Of a stretch of 64,000 nucleotides of DNA, positions 63,672 through 64,000 are shown piece after piece. The stretch spans positions 85,934,001 through 85,998,000 of the forward strand of contig NW_024704742.1 in the NCBI RefSeq assembly GCF_018977255.1. The letters are read 5' to 3'. The stretch is from Callorhinchus milii. Its lineage: Eukaryota. The notes under the pieces are model-generated. The model saw only the letters and a program-made list of their open reading frames with translations. It made no database searches and was not told where the DNA came from. Made by a program: the position numbers and the translations under genes. Each line of letters opens with the position of its first letter. Within the stretch, counting starts at the first letter, position 1.

Positions 63672-64000
63672 CAAAATTACATTTGTATAGCGCTTTTCAC
63701 ATCGTGAGGATGTCCCAAGGCGTTGGACAATCAGGGATTTGGACCCAAGCTGGGGGTTGGGATTGTGGAGGGTGGAGGGCAAAGAGGGTAGGAGGATGGC
63801 CAAAAGCTCAGTTGAAGAGGAGGGTTTTGAGACACACTTTGAAGGAGGCAAGGGAGGAAGTGAGGTGAAGGGAATGAGGGTGGGGCAGAAAGGCTGAAGG
63901 CCCAGCCACTGATGGTGGGGTGGGCCGGGTGGGGGATGTGGAACAGGCAAGAGCCTGCTGAGAAGAGGGAGCGGACCAGTTGATATGGGGTCAGCAGCTC
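63672..64000 (-). mobile_element. L2 3' end running off the window
   Basis: ATTACATTTGTATAGCGCTTTTCACATCG..GTCCCAAGGCG tail. Confidence 0.8.

Overview
Eukaryotic (vertebrate) genomic DNA. The repeat set (tRNA-Ala-headed SINE sharing a LINE2 3' tail, Deu-domain SINEs, L2 and CR1 fragments) suggests a cartilaginous fish, possibly a chimaera; this is inference only. Two convergent genes were reconstructed by hand with phase-consistent GT-AG exons. (1) The last 12 coding exons of a CEMIP2/TMEM2-type cell-surface hyaluronidase gene on + (82..15539). (2) A complete 10-exon, ~489-aa TBC-domain Rab-GAP gene on - (48635..19027) with intact IxxDxxR and YxQ fingers, which I cannot assign to a named paralogue. 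Most interesting structures: an L2 inserted exactly at a CEMIP2 intron/exon junction that now supplies the working 3' splice site, leaving the old one upstream; a promoter minisatellite with 13 perfect RFX X-box-like palindromes ~100 bp upstream of the TBC start codon; an inverted intronic copy of the TBC catalytic exon plus its donor site; a G-rich minisatellite at the start of TBC intron 1; and a SINE-mediated tandem duplication with a chimeric middle SINE. No prokaryote-type system (CRISPR, operon, phage) is present. Nothing is proven novel without database and RNA checks.
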